Source: Narcine bancroftii
Lineage: Eukaryota
Reading direction: 5' to 3'
Assembly (NCBI RefSeq): GCF_036971445.1
Contig: NC_091478.1
Location: 88,660,001 to 88,724,000, forward strand
DNA: 64,000 nt
Part shown: positions 23,033 through 34,271 of the stretch, piece by piece
How the letters are laid out: each line of letters starts with the position of its first letter
Position numbering within the stretch: the first letter of the stretch is position 1
The notes under the pieces: generated by a model
Seen by the model: only the letters and a program-made list of their open reading frames with translations
What the model was told of the DNA's origin: nothing
The model's database searches: none
Translations under genes and position numbers: made by a program

Positions 23033-26000
23033 GTATTTACTAAAGTCAAACACGCAAATCTGCAGACACCGTGGTTGGTGAGAAGGCAGAGCTGGGGAAT
23101 CTCGGTGTCCTTTATGTAACAAAGATATAGAGCCAACGTTTCGGCCTTAAACCTTTCCCAAGGGGGGAAAAGACCTTTGGGGAAGGGTTTGAGCCCCCAA
23201 ACCTTGGTTCGGTATCTTTGCTCTCTAAAGGACACGGTTTGACCAGCTCCGTGGGGTTACTTTTTAAAAAAAAAACTCGCCACGTTTTCAAGTCTACGCT
23301 TTCCTCTTTAGTGGAAAAAGAGAAGAACATCTAACAAAGACCGAAAGAGCAAATGAGGCATGGCGCTCCAGAAAGCGAAAAGCAGACGTGGCCACGGTGA
23401 GTCTCAACCTGACACCCACTGTGCGTTGGGTATCACCGAGGCACAGAAAACAGGCCCTCCTGCTCCGTGCCGCAATCTCATCCCATCGGCCTGCACCCAG
23501 TCCATAACCCTCCAGACCTATCCAATGTATTCTTCACACTTCAAGATCGAACCCGCATTCACGACGTCAGATGGCAGCTCGTGACATGTTTCTTTCAAAC
23601 TCTCTAATGATTCGATTTTCTTTTTAAAATTGTAGTGTTTGCAAGATTTGGATGAAATTAGCGAAGAACAGGCAATGAAACCATTCCAAGAAGAGGTAAT
23701 GGCCTGTTGGGGTTGTTTCTGTTAGCTTGTCTCGTGCAAATTGTTCAAACATTAAAGGGGAGTTTTATCCTTAGTCGATGTTGCATTAACGTGTACTTTT
23801 AGCATTGTTTCCTGTGCAAATTTGGTGCGGATCTCACGAGACCTTAGGGGTGAATTATGTTAAGTTTTATGGTTTGTTGATCTAACATAAATCATTTTTG
23901 TATATCCCTCACAAAAAGTTAAATTCCATATTCAATTCATTCTTTTGCTTTATTCTGTAATGCTGGGCTTTCACCCCGATCCTTATTATTTCTTGTTTCT
24001 TTTGGCCTATTCTGCAACTTCATTCATGTCCTCTTGTCAATCTCCCAAGATATTTCTCGTTCGCGGTCGTTGCCATCTAGTGGGCATGAGCAGAACTGTC
24101 AAAAGTTAATCCTGTCGACGACGCAAAGTGCTGGAGGAACGCAGCAGGTCAGGCCGCGTCCATAGAAGGTCAAAGTTCCAGGCTCTTGCTCCAATTTTCC
24201 AGCATCTGCAGTTGCTCTAGTTTATCTGCTCTCACTCTTTTGCAGATTGCACTGATTAGTCGAGGTTGGAGAAGCTGTCCTGGAGTGATTTGCCCTTTGT
24301 CCCAGGAAGTTGTTTTTTTTTTGTGTTGATCCATTAATTGATTAAATATGATCACGTTGATATCTTGGCTTTGGTTAAGAAATGCCAAGGGTAAAAAGAA
24401 CACTGTATGACCTGGTGAGTTTCTCCAGCATTGTTTTTCAAAAATCTGTTCACCTTTTGGCCCCACAAGATCCACTTCTGGTTCAGCTGACGTTAAATAA
24501 TTTGCCAAATGCATGCCCATATTTTGTGTTCACTCCCTCAGTCTATCTTTATTGTTGCATCAAAATGGCCTTTTTCAAGTCACAAATGACCTTTTGTTTT
24601 TTGACTGGTAAATTTCCATTCTTCCCCAGCTTGGCACAATTGACTGTTTCACCCTCTGAACTTGGGAGGTGCTGCTCTTGATCGCATTCATGTTTTGTGA
24701 ATTGTGACCAGAAAATCATCTGCAGTGGTTTCAGTTCCTCTGGAGATCTAATCTTGGCCACTTCTGTATGATAGCTAGTTACATATTGAAAATGCATTGG
24801 GTTTCTTGTGTATGCAGCTGATGTTCTCTTTCATCTATTACTCTGCAGTCTTTCAGCCTTGTTAGGTTGGTATTCCAACTCGAGCCTCTTGCACACTCAA
24901 TTTGATTTCTCACCATTCTGAGTGGAATGTTCCTGATGATTTTTGTGGCTCAGATGTGTGCAGCTTGAGCCTCATGTGTAACTAAAGGTGTACTTTATTT
25001 TCCTGCAACATGTATGATGTCTAAAGAGGCATTTCACTTGGCTTATCCCTAAATATTCTCGGGTGGTGTATTTTGGAATGGACCAAACTTGGTTTGTAAT
25101 TTCGACCAACTTGCAGTCGTTTCCAGAACAAAAAGTTGTACGGTAAACTAAAATGCCACAGTACAATCTCTTTGTAATCAGCTGAATGACTAGAATACCT
25201 TTACATTTAGGGAAATCTTGGATTATTTGCAGTTCTGTCGAGAAAATGTCTTGATGTCATGAAGTGCTTTGTCTGGTTTTAAAGTTTAATTTTGGAGAAC
25301 TGTCTCTGACTGACTTTTGTTTTTGGCCCTGACTTTTCTCTCTAATACTCTTGACTTATTCTAGGCTGCAGTTTTTTTTAAATTTAAAAAAAAAGAGAAA
25401 TACCAGCTCCCAACAGTTTATTACCCAGTGGTTATCCTTTAAATGAACTGCCAGCAAAAGCATTTTAATGGAATATTTGCATCTTCATATTTGGCTGAAT
25501 TTTCCTGCTTCATCTAGAGTTGGGTTACTTGATTGCAGGCCAATATCTGGTCTAATCTTATTTTAAATATGGACAAAAACAATGACTTTTGGATAAATGG
25601 GCTTTTGGATAAATGATTCATACTATAACCAAATGTCTTTAGGTGGTGAACTTTAACAGTTGCTGGGAAGTGGCACTCGCAACATGTGGAAGTATTGAGA
25701 TTTCCAGGTTGGGATGGTGCATGATTTGAAGTAGAATATCTTGGCATTCACTTCCTGGCTCTGGTCTTGTTAAAAAGGATGAATATTCTGCCCAAGAAAC
25801 CCTTGGTAAAATGCAATTTGCAATGATTTAACTACGATGCACTGAAAATAAAGGAAGGCTTCAAGTTTAATTTGTGTGAGCCGCCTTATTTGAAGCATTT
25901 ACCTGAGTAAATGTGTACATCCAAAATGTGTTGATGGTGGAGATAGTGAATGAATGTCAAAGGTAACTTTGGTAGAGTTGCTGGGGCTGTTGAGATTTTG

Positions 26001-29000
26001 TGCCTAGATTCTTGTTCACTCTTATTGGCCTCTAAAGACATTTGAGAACTTGATAAACATAGGAAAAAGGATTCGATAACATAAATTTGTTCTGCCACTC
26101 AACAAAATGAGGACTGATTTTAATACCATATCTGCTGCTTCTCTAATCCCGTGATTTTTTTTCATAATTCTTAAAATTTGATCTAATAACATCTAATTTG
26201 TTGCATAAATTTAAAATGTCCATGACTGGGGTTGCATTGCTTGTGTATGGACAAAGTTCTTTCCATAAATGCAATTGTTTTAATGGTAATTCAACAGTTT
26301 CATATTCACCTTTATTGGTGGTAGCATTTTATCTGGAATAATTTAAATTCCCAAGCTACTATGGTGGAATTTGAACTCTCATCCATTGGCTTGTTCAGGG
26401 TTTTGAGAAATCAGCATTTTATCTCCACAGTTTAAGAAACTGTCAAAATTTTCTGCTAGTATTGAAACTTTCCAAAGAAGGATGTAAGCCAGCAAAATTG
26501 CTATACTGTTTCAATGCCATGACATGGAGTTTGTCTAGTTGTATGGAGGAGGGTGAAGTTTTAAAAAATGTATTGGGGAAGGCAGCCTATCTAGCATGGG
26601 CAGTAGATGCTGCATTTGACTTTGCGATCATAAGCTGGATTTGGGCTCCAGTGCCAAGAAACGGCATTTTAAGAATTTACAAAATTGACTTTAATTGCAG
26701 GTTTGCTGGAGCATTAATACCAACTATGCGAGTCCATGCATTTTCATTTCATCATCACACAAAAATCCAGATAGCAGGTTTGCATCATATTCTACAAGTA
26801 ATATACAGTACAAGTTCAAAAATGTCTTGGTCACACCAACTAGAGCTTCACCATTACCAGTCTTTTGGTGAGTTTATTTATTTGCACCATTCATTCGTGT
26901 ACCTTGACTGCATATTCCAATGCATATCCAATCATGGTATTTTAAAAAAATCAACAGCTGGGCAAATGGCAGTGAAGTGTGGAACGTCCTTCTGAAAAAG
27001 GATCAGATCTATTTGAGAGACAAAGACGTCTTACAAAAACATCCCCTCTTGCAACCGAAGATGAGGACTATTCTTTTGGACTGGTTAATGGAGGTAAGCA
27101 CTCCAATTAAATTGCCAGTCCTGCTTTGATTTTATTAAACCAATATGTGAAATATTCTTGGGGAAAATTGGCTTCAGAATTTGAATTTAAAATCTATGCT
27201 TTATTTGTAGATATTGACAAACTTGGTTTTTGCTTTTTAGTTATTCTCCAACAATGGTCTACAAGATTATGAAAGGCATATTTAGGGTGGACATCTAGTG
27301 CCTGTTCACCAGGACAAGAATAGCGAACACCAGAGGAGAGGAGTACAAAATAAAGGGAGGGAAGTTTGGGGGAGACATCAGGGGTTAGTTTAGTTGTGGG
27401 TGCCTGGAATGCCTTGCCAGGTATAGTGGTGGAGGCTGAAATATTAGGGGAATTTAAGAGACTTGGGCACATGGATGGAAGAAAAATAGAGGGTTATGGT
27501 TAGAACTTTTGTTAAGGAATATATGGGTCAGCACAACATCAAGGGCCAAAGGGCCTGTACTGTGCTGTAATGTACTGTGGTCATCAACGAATTGGCCTCT
27601 CCATTAGAGCATTTTTGTATTAGGATTTTGATCATTGGGATATGATGTTCAGGTTAGAATGGTTATACAAATAACTCCAGAACGAGAGTTGTAATATAAT
27701 GAGTCTTTCCTGCCAAAGACAAGAAATCTAGAAAAGGCTGAATAGTCTGTATTTCTGGCGTTTTGTTTGAATTTATAAACTATTGACAGAACTAGAATAA
27801 TGCAGTTTGACACCCATACATTAGTTTTCAGGGATGCTTCAATTAATATTTTAAAAAGTAACTGGAAAAATCATAGGAAATTTAGGTGCCTGTTAATTTT
27901 GATCTATTCATCTATCTATCTATTTATTTATTTATATATTTATTTTGCAACATTGAAAAGGTTTGTGAAGTCTACAAGCTACACAGAGAAACCTTTTATT
28001 TGGCCCAGGACTACTTTGATAGATTTATGGCAACACAGAACAATGTTGTAAAGACAAGATTGCAGCTTATTGGTATTTCGGCTTTATTTATTGCTGCAAA
28101 GCTGGAGGTATGATATTTACAAGCAATTCACAAATTGAGCATACTTTCCAACAGAGCATTCAATTATAATTTTTTTTTCCCAGGAAATATATCCACCAAA
28201 GTTGCACCATTTTGCTTTTGTTACTGATGGGGCTTGCACAGAAGAAGAAATTCTCAACATGGAACTTGTTATTTTGAAGGTACTTCAAATTTAGTGTTTT
28301 CAATAACTGCCATTATACAGGGAAGCTGAAGAAATTAAAATTATCTGTTGTTCAAAGATATTTGGAAATGCTGTCAATTGTATGTAACCTATTATCCAAT
28401 GTTTTCAAATTATTCCAGGCTCTAAAGTGGAGTTTGTGTCCTGTAACCATTGTATCTTGGCTTAACATCTACATGCAAGTTGCTTATTTAAAAGAAATAT
28501 ATAAAGTACTGGTTCCACAATACCCCCAGGAAATGTTTATTCAAGTAATGGAGGTAAACTCATTTAGGTTAATTTTTTTAGCTACTGTTAACAAATAATC
28601 GGGCAGTAATGATTTTAACTATCCATCAGCTTGATCTCTTACTTATGGAAAAGTGGCAGCTTCAGCTTTATTATTTCACTTCTTGTGCCATAGTTCACAA
28701 AGCATCAGGTAGGTTTTTAATATGTAACACAATTGACAGGATTACATTTAATTTCATTAACAAGTTTTATTTTGTGCTTAGGCTTTGAATGGAGTGAAAT
28801 AGAAGGATGTGTAAAATGGATGATTCCATTTGCTATGGTCTTGAGGGAAGCAGAAACTCTAAATGTAACATTTTTCAGGGGTGTAGAATATTGGAATAAA
28901 TTACTGTTTGTAGATCAAAATAATTTTTAATATATAGCACATCAATTTAAAACTGAAATACAAAAGCTGAGTAGTGACCAATAAAAACAGATTGTGCTAT

Positions 29001-30268
29001 TAATGGAAGGTTTCATCCTTGATAACCAGTTAATTTTAAATGTTTTTTTGTAAAAACGTGCCCTGATTTAGAAACGGGGGAAGTGAGCAGTTTTTTGCAA
29101 GCAGCTGTTGACTGCAGAAAATATTGGGTTCCACATCCATAGAAGCACAGGTATACCATTGTGCATACACAGAAATATGGTCTCGACTCGTAACTGTGTT
29201 GATCTCTCCAATAGATATGGGGAAGAAAGAATTTCCAGTCTCTTGCTTTTAAGTTCAGTTTTTGTAATGATAATAGTCACATGTTAATTGCTTTCTCAAT
29301 AGCTACTGGATCTCTGTATCTTGGATCTCGAGTGTTTGGAGTTCACATCTGGAGTAGTGGCAGCTTCAGCTTTATATTATTTCACTTCTTGTGCCATAGT
29401 TCACAAAGCATCAGGTAGGTTTTTAATATGTAACACAATTGACAGGATTACATTTAATTTCATTAACAAGTTTTATTTTGTGCTTAGGCTTTGAATGGAG
29501 TGAAATAGAAGGATGTGTAAAATGGATGATTCCATTTGCTATGGTCTTGAGGGAAGCAGGAAGTTTAAAACTGAAGAAATTAAAAGGTGTCTGTCCTGAG
29601 AACATGCATAACATACAGACACACTCCAATTGTTTGTCATTATTGGTAAGCTTGATTTTGTATGCCTAGAGGACCAGACATTTTATAACTAACGTACCTT
29701 TGTACAACATTTGGGTGGGGGATGGGGAAGGGAAAGGGGAAATTGAACATGTTTCCTTTTAATCCCTTTCTGATCAATTTGCACAGTTGAACTGAGTTCA
29801 GCGTGATAATTCAAAAAGTCACCAATGCACTAAGAATGCAAGTTCTGAACAATATTTGTCTCCAGCATAACCTGAGTCTTGCTGTTTGCAAGAAAAAAGG
29901 AGCTTTCTCTTGCATTATGACAGTCACTACACTTAATACCAACAAAAATGCTCATGAAGACAAAAAACAAGAATGTCAATGTATAATGCTTGAGATGCAC
30001 CCCTTGCTGCATACTTCTGAAAATGAGGAATACCTCTTTTGAAATGCCTCAAATTTGAATCTTAAAGTAAATTTTCCAGTTAACAATTCAAATGAGCAAA
30101 AATTCATTTCATCAATTGCCTTGATTTAATTTTTGTTGCTTTTGTTCTAAGGATAAAGCTCACTCAAGGCAAGCAATGCTGTTGGAACAAAGTTGCGCCA
30201 TACCTTCTGGAATTTTGACCCCGCCACAAAGCAGCAAGAAACAGCACTCTTGGAGTGGGTCCTTGTGA
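23019..30268 (+). CDS. CCNE1: G1/S-specific cyclin E1, 11 coding exons, 408 aa
   Basis: join(23019..23032,23312..23396,23636..23695,26701..26867,26958..27093,27961..28107,28184..28279,28419..28553,29303..29414,29488..29645,30152..30268) = 1227 nt. Motifs [61 protein letters not shown]1 lies downstream, the known CCNE1 (not CCNE2) synteny. Confidence 0.96.
23312..23396 (+). CDS. CCNE1: CCNE1 exon carrying the NLS ([11 protein letters not shown])
   Basis: 85 nt; ttcctctttag / gtgagt borders. Confidence 0.92.
23636..23695 (+). CDS. CCNE1: CCNE1 exon ([20 protein letters not shown])
   Basis: 60 nt; resembles the FLQDPDEE segment of tetrapod cyclin E1. Confidence 0.85.
24069..24086 (-). promoter_or_regulatory. 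Candidate CTCF site
   Basis: Minus strand reads CCACTAGATGGCA, matching the CCASYAGRKGGCR core. Confidence 0.6.
26701..26867 (+). CDS. CCNE1: CCNE1 exon (VCWSIN...[10 protein letters not shown])
   Basis: 167 nt; ttgcag / gtgagt borders; SPLP motif. Confidence 0.9.
26958..27093 (+). CDS. CCNE1: CCNE1 exon (WANGSEVW...[11 protein letters not shown])
   Basis: 136 nt; start of the cyclin box. Confidence 0.95.
27961..28107 (+). CDS. CCNE1: CCNE1 exon ([11 protein letters not shown]...AAKLE)
   Basis: 147 nt; cyclin box. Confidence 0.95.
28184..28279 (+). CDS. CCNE1: CCNE1 exon ([10 protein letters not shown]...VILK)
   Basis: 96 nt; AG/GT borders. Confidence 0.95.
28419..28553 (+). CDS. CCNE1: CCNE1 exon ([10 protein letters not shown]...[12 protein letters not shown])
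   Basis: 135 nt; AG/GT borders. Confidence 0.95.
28630..28930 (+). pseudogene. Degenerate tandem copy of the two following CCNE1 exons (pseudo-exons or alternative exons 28630-28708 and 28782-28930)
   Basis: 28652-28853 matches 29356-29559 except for a 2-nt deletion; weaker codon-aligned similarity continues on both sides; in-frame stop ends at 28930. Confidence 0.85.
29303..29414 (+). CDS. CCNE1: CCNE1 exon (LLDLCILD...VHKASG)
   Basis: 112 nt, intact. Confidence 0.93.
29488..29645 (+). CDS. CCNE1: CCNE1 exon ([13 protein letters not shown]...[13 protein letters not shown])
   Basis: 158 nt; donor gtaagc. Confidence 0.93.
30152..30268 (+). CDS. CCNE1: CCNE1 terminal coding exon (DKAH...[10 protein letters not shown]...GSL*)
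   Basis: C-terminal Fbw7 phosphodegron LTPPQS; TGA at 30266-30268. Confidence 0.95.
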   Translation, partial: DKAHSRQAMLLEQSCAIPSGILTPPQSSKKQHSWSGSL

Positions 30269-30547
30269 AATTCAACTGCAACTTTTAAATTTAGTGGGTG
30301 TTTTTTTTTTCCCCACATCTAGAAATCTAAATGAAAATGAACAGAAATGTTGGGACTTCATTTGTGTAATATCAGATGCTGAAGACTGCCAGGAATTTTG
30401 CTCTCATTGTGCTCTAGTGGGAGTCTCACTTGATTCTGGGCCTTTTAAAGCTATCTACTTGTACGACTTGTTTTTATGCACCATTTGAAAGCTGTTTGTA
30501 TAGCCAAAAACTCCAACCAAATCAGGAATACTTTAAGTAATCCTAAA

Positions 30548-30651
30548 TGCTGCTAAGGAGGGTGGCTCCCTGAAAAATGAACAGTGAGGTGATAGTACTG
30601 ATTTATAAAATTGTTAATGAACTTTAAGCTGCTATGTTTATTTTAAATAAA
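30548..30651 (+). promoter_or_regulatory. CCNE1 3'UTR: miR-15/16 seed sites and polyadenylation signal
   Basis: TGCTGCTA at 30548-30555, GCTGCTA at 30628-30634, AATAAA at 30646-30651. Confidence 0.75.
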
Positions 30652-31052
30652 GGTACATCTATATTATATGCCCCTGTTCCATTTATAATGATGCAACTGG
30701 CTGAAGGTATGGAGGATGGAGAACAAGGGCTCTTTGATCTTGCTGCAACAAAGGGAAGTCAAGTTTGAGAAATCAGGAAATGTAAGCCTTCATCCCTAGG
30801 GCCATTAAGTGGCTGAGATAAGAGATGCATATTTTGAATTTTCCCTATATTTGGGGAAGGTTCCATGAAATTGGAAAATAGCACACGCCTTGTTGGATAA
30901 AAAATTTGCAGAGCAAACGAAATAATTTATATCTGCCCCTCCAGCCAAGTGTTACAGCCATATTCTGGTTTATAGACGCTCACCTTAATTAACAGTGGCT
31001 GTGGGTGGGGCAGGACTAGGGTGCTCCGCTGGCTCAGCGATTGCCCCAACTG

Positions 31053-31424
31053 AGGGTTTGTGTGTTGCTTCTGAGAACATTCTTTTAGAATTTTAAACTT
31101 AAATTTTTATTTATTCTAATTATTTTATTAATTTTACTTAATTCTTTTGCCGGTTGCTGGTTCCTTGAATTCCAAATAACAGGGATTTTGCTGTATTCAG
31201 AACTTGTGCAAATGAAAGTAATTACACCACTAGACTTGCTTTTCCTGATACAGGGGCAAATGATGCAGTTTTATATTACAGTAAACTACTAAGTACAGGT
31301 TGATGGGAGATAGCTGCTCATTTTGAAAACTCTTAAATATTTTTCAAGAGGTAGCATGGCTCAAAAATCAAGATATTGTAATCAAGCAATGTCAACATTA
31401 TTAACCAATTTATTGATGTTCTGT
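31053..31424 (+). repeat. ~372-bp direct repeat, copy A
   Basis: Near-identical to 36678-37048 (about 3 differences by eye). Confidence 0.93.
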
Positions 31425-32544
31425 AAAATGACACAGGTTATGCCAGTGTCCTCTAGTGTGTAAAAGAGCAACAGGTTGAAACAAAAATCGTGAAGGGTCT
31501 TGACATCCTGGATGTGGAAAGCATCTAAAAATAGGGATCACTTTATATATAAAAAAAAAAATTGTCCAATTTAGATGAGGTTTTTTTCTTAGGATGGATT
31601 CTTGAAGTTCCAAAGGGCAGTGGAGTCTGAACCATTGCTCATTTAGGGTAGAAATTGATAGATAATTGAAATCAAGGGCCTGAAAAATTAGCATAGAATT
31701 GAAGTTGCAAATTTTGTTAAATAACAGCAGGCTTGTACCCTACATCATTTTTAATTTACACTTTTTGGTTGACATTGCTGTGTACTTTCTAACTCACCAC
31801 CAATAATTTTAAAAATGACCTCCTCTTTACCCAGTACTTGGATCTACCCTTTTTAATTTCATTACTGCATTAATCCTTACTCAACTAACTTTCTCCCTTA
31901 ATTTTTTTCCATGCCTTTATGTAGACTTTGAGAAAGCTGAACACTTTCCTCCTACTTTTCAATTGACAATTTATATCTCACCAAGATTTTGATTTCTTTA
32001 ATTTTACCTTTTTGTTATAGCTGTAGAAACAAGACTCGTCTGACTGATATCATAACCACTACCCCTTCTTTGACTTGGCTCTTCCTTACTTATAATAGTG
32101 AGAATAAGTACAGCATTCTCCAGAACTCTATTCATCTACCCTGAGGAACTATCTATTTCTATTGATCCAGTCCAAGTCAATCATCTATAACATAGTTGTT
32201 TAGGTTTGATCAGACACAGATAAAATTCCGTTAGTGAAGTCGATGTTTTAAGATGGTTGTAAATGAAGTGTAGAAACTTAACTTTGCATTTTTTTTAACC
32301 CAAGGAACTTGAAGAACAAACATTGACCTTTCCCCTAACCCCCAAGAAAGACAGCACAAATTCAGGAAGGGCTAGCCCTACCGAAATATCTATCATGTTA
32401 TGGACTTCCAGAAAAGATTTCGTAAGGCTTTCTTAACTGAAGAGGTATCCAAGATATTGATCGAAGATTTCTACCTCCAGGGTAGAAAAACAAATCAAAT
32501 AATATTCAAACATAAAACAAAGGAGGCAGCACAAAAGTATTGCT

Positions 32545-32960
32545 GCAGCCGGCAGCATGGTGGCGAAGCTGCTCCGAGTTCGACACCAAAAAGAACCTGG
32601 GACTTGTTCCCTTGAAGCACAAGATCCCATCCCCTACCGTCTGGGGCCGCCCCGCCTCCTCGATCTTCAAAGCCGCCGCCTTGACCTCGGCGTGCTCTTC
32701 GTCGTGTCGGTGGCGGCGAGCTGGGCTGACAGGCTGATTCACAGACACTAAGGAACCCGTCAACATGGTGGCCGCGGGGTTCCTCGCACACATAGAGGGG
32801 TATCCACAACAATCGCAGCACAAAATATTCTCCTGCTTGAGCGCAGCCTTGCCAAGGAATCGCCCTCGGTCTCAGCACCACCGCCAGCTGAACGCCATGT
32901 TCCTCGCGCGGAGGATGCCGGGAGCACACGCAGAGAGACGCCGGACCTGCTGCAGCTGCC
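32545..32960 (-). pseudogene. Inverted, diverged copy of the URI1 promoter / exon 1 / start of intron 1
   Basis: Collinear blocks match 37105-37695: ccggcatcctccgcgc..gaacatggcgt; cccctctatgtgtgcgagga; ccccgcggccacc; gaagagcacg..aggt; ggagcagct.cgcca. Confidence 0.85.
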
Positions 32961-33090
32961 CGCGCGGAGGATGCCGGGAGCACACGCAGTGAGGCCTGCT
33001 GCAGCTGCCCGCGCGGAGGATGCCGGGAGCACACGCAGAGAGGCGTCGGACCCGCTGCAGCTGCCCGCGCGGAGGATGCCGGGAGCCCAC
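32905..33090. repeat. GC-rich minisatellite, ~3.5 units of 49-56 bp
   Basis: cgcgcggaggatgccgggagc begins at 32905, 32961, 33010 and 33066. Confidence 0.92.
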
Positions 33091-33499
33091 AAGTAGCAGG
33101 ACATCTGAAAGTAACTTTCTCAGTTAGAATCTTCCTCCCTTGGAAGTAAGGGTCTTTATGGTTTAGATTGGTGTTGATTAATACATCAAATACATTAACA
33201 TTAATTAATTAACTAAAATATTGATACATAATTACAACTTGGTTAATGCTTAAACTGGGACATTTACAAATGGCTTGAAATTCCGTAGCCCTGACCAAGG
33301 CCAGCAGAGAGTTAGTGGGTTGTCCCGGCATTTTGGCTTGATGAATTTCTAACAGTTTAGTTTCTCTTGAGTCATGTGATTTGCAGGAATGGTGGGTATT
33401 GAAACTGTGGAAATACCTTCAACTCTAATCACAGAGCACCCATGGGACAGGGATTACTTAAGGTGGTATGTGAATGGAAGGAAAGTTTGTCAACAACTG

Positions 33500-34140
33500 A
33501 TTTACATCATTAACATCCCTATGGTACCTCGTTGCTTCTTCCTGCTCTGTTGTTTGAGGGGCTTCCTCTTGGTCTCAGCCCCCTCAAAGCCCAGTAATGT
33601 GAGAACTAGACTGTGGTCCTTTCCCACAGTGCTCTCATACTGGCTGCACCAAGCCTCTGTTTGTCCTTCAGCACGCACCGCTGCAACCTGGAATGTACCA
33701 GTTGGCAGCATTCCCACACCGACATGTCCGCGTGCTGAAAGACCAACAGGTTTTGGGCAGGCCAAAATGTGTCTTTCACCAAGTTGTTGGTCCAGGAGTT
33801 CTGGATGTCTGACTCTGTGTCGTCCCCTGGAACAGCCCATAGATCAGAGTCCCCTGTCACGCTACCACTGGGAATGAACTCTTGCATTCTTCACACACTT
33901 GTGCAATCAGCATTCTGCAGGTGGGTGGGTGGGATCGGGGACTACACGTATTGTGGGTGATGTTTTGGTTGTAGATTGTGGAGGATCTGTGTCAATCCTC
34001 AATCCAAATTCTGGGGTGAGAACTAAATCAGCAGTTTATTCTCCTGAGGAATGAAGGGCTCAGACTTTTCTTTAGCCAGTTCCCTTTATTTGTTACACAG
34101 GCTTGTGGGAGGGCCATCACCTCCACAGAGGATCCAGGAG
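33500..34140 (-). mobile_element. Tx1/L1-like LINE 3' fragment
   Basis: VKDTFWPAQNLLVFQ...ECCQLVHSRLQ..VLKD..RLGAA...WERTTV resembles a Tx1-type ORF2 C-terminus. Confidence 0.65.
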
Positions 34141-34271
34141 CTCCCCAAAAGTACAAAGTCATGGGTTTAAATTCTCCAACGCTATCTGATATCAACCATT
34201 CTCAAAACAGTCACCTCCCAGGCAGCAAGCATTATCCCATCAGCATTAAGCAATGATATGTTCATCGACAT

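Larger units (their letters stand above)
22200..23100. promoter_or_regulatory. CpG island / bidirectional promoter of the BtpA-family gene and CCNE1
   Basis: Very GC- and CpG-rich. CRE TGACGTCA at 22513-22520; three GGGGCGGGGC boxes at ~22550-22600; E2F-like TCTCCCGCC at 22638-22646 and GGGCGGGAGA at 22718-22727; ATTTAAA at 22651; probable non-coding CCNE1 exon 1 donor gtgagg at 22751. Confidence 0.85.

Noticed and set aside
22295-23235. Long ORFs of 275 and 289 aa across the promoter
   Set aside because: Low-complexity products of a stop-poor CpG island; only the BtpA exon-1 peptide within them is real.
26462-26995. 177-aa ORF
   Set aside because: Off-frame read-through of intron plus a CCNE1 exon; the spliced frame is different.
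27061-27075. MRTIL instead of MRAIL in the cyclin box
   Set aside because: This position varies among E-type cyclins (for example MRSIL in cyclin E2), so it is not notable.
23019-30268. Calling the gene CCNE2
   Set aside because: Adjacency to URI1 and the RKRKADV and LTPPQS motifs fit CCNE1.
32905-33090. Regular repeats as a CRISPR-like array
   Set aside because: No unique spacers and no cas genes; eukaryotic context. It is a minisatellite.
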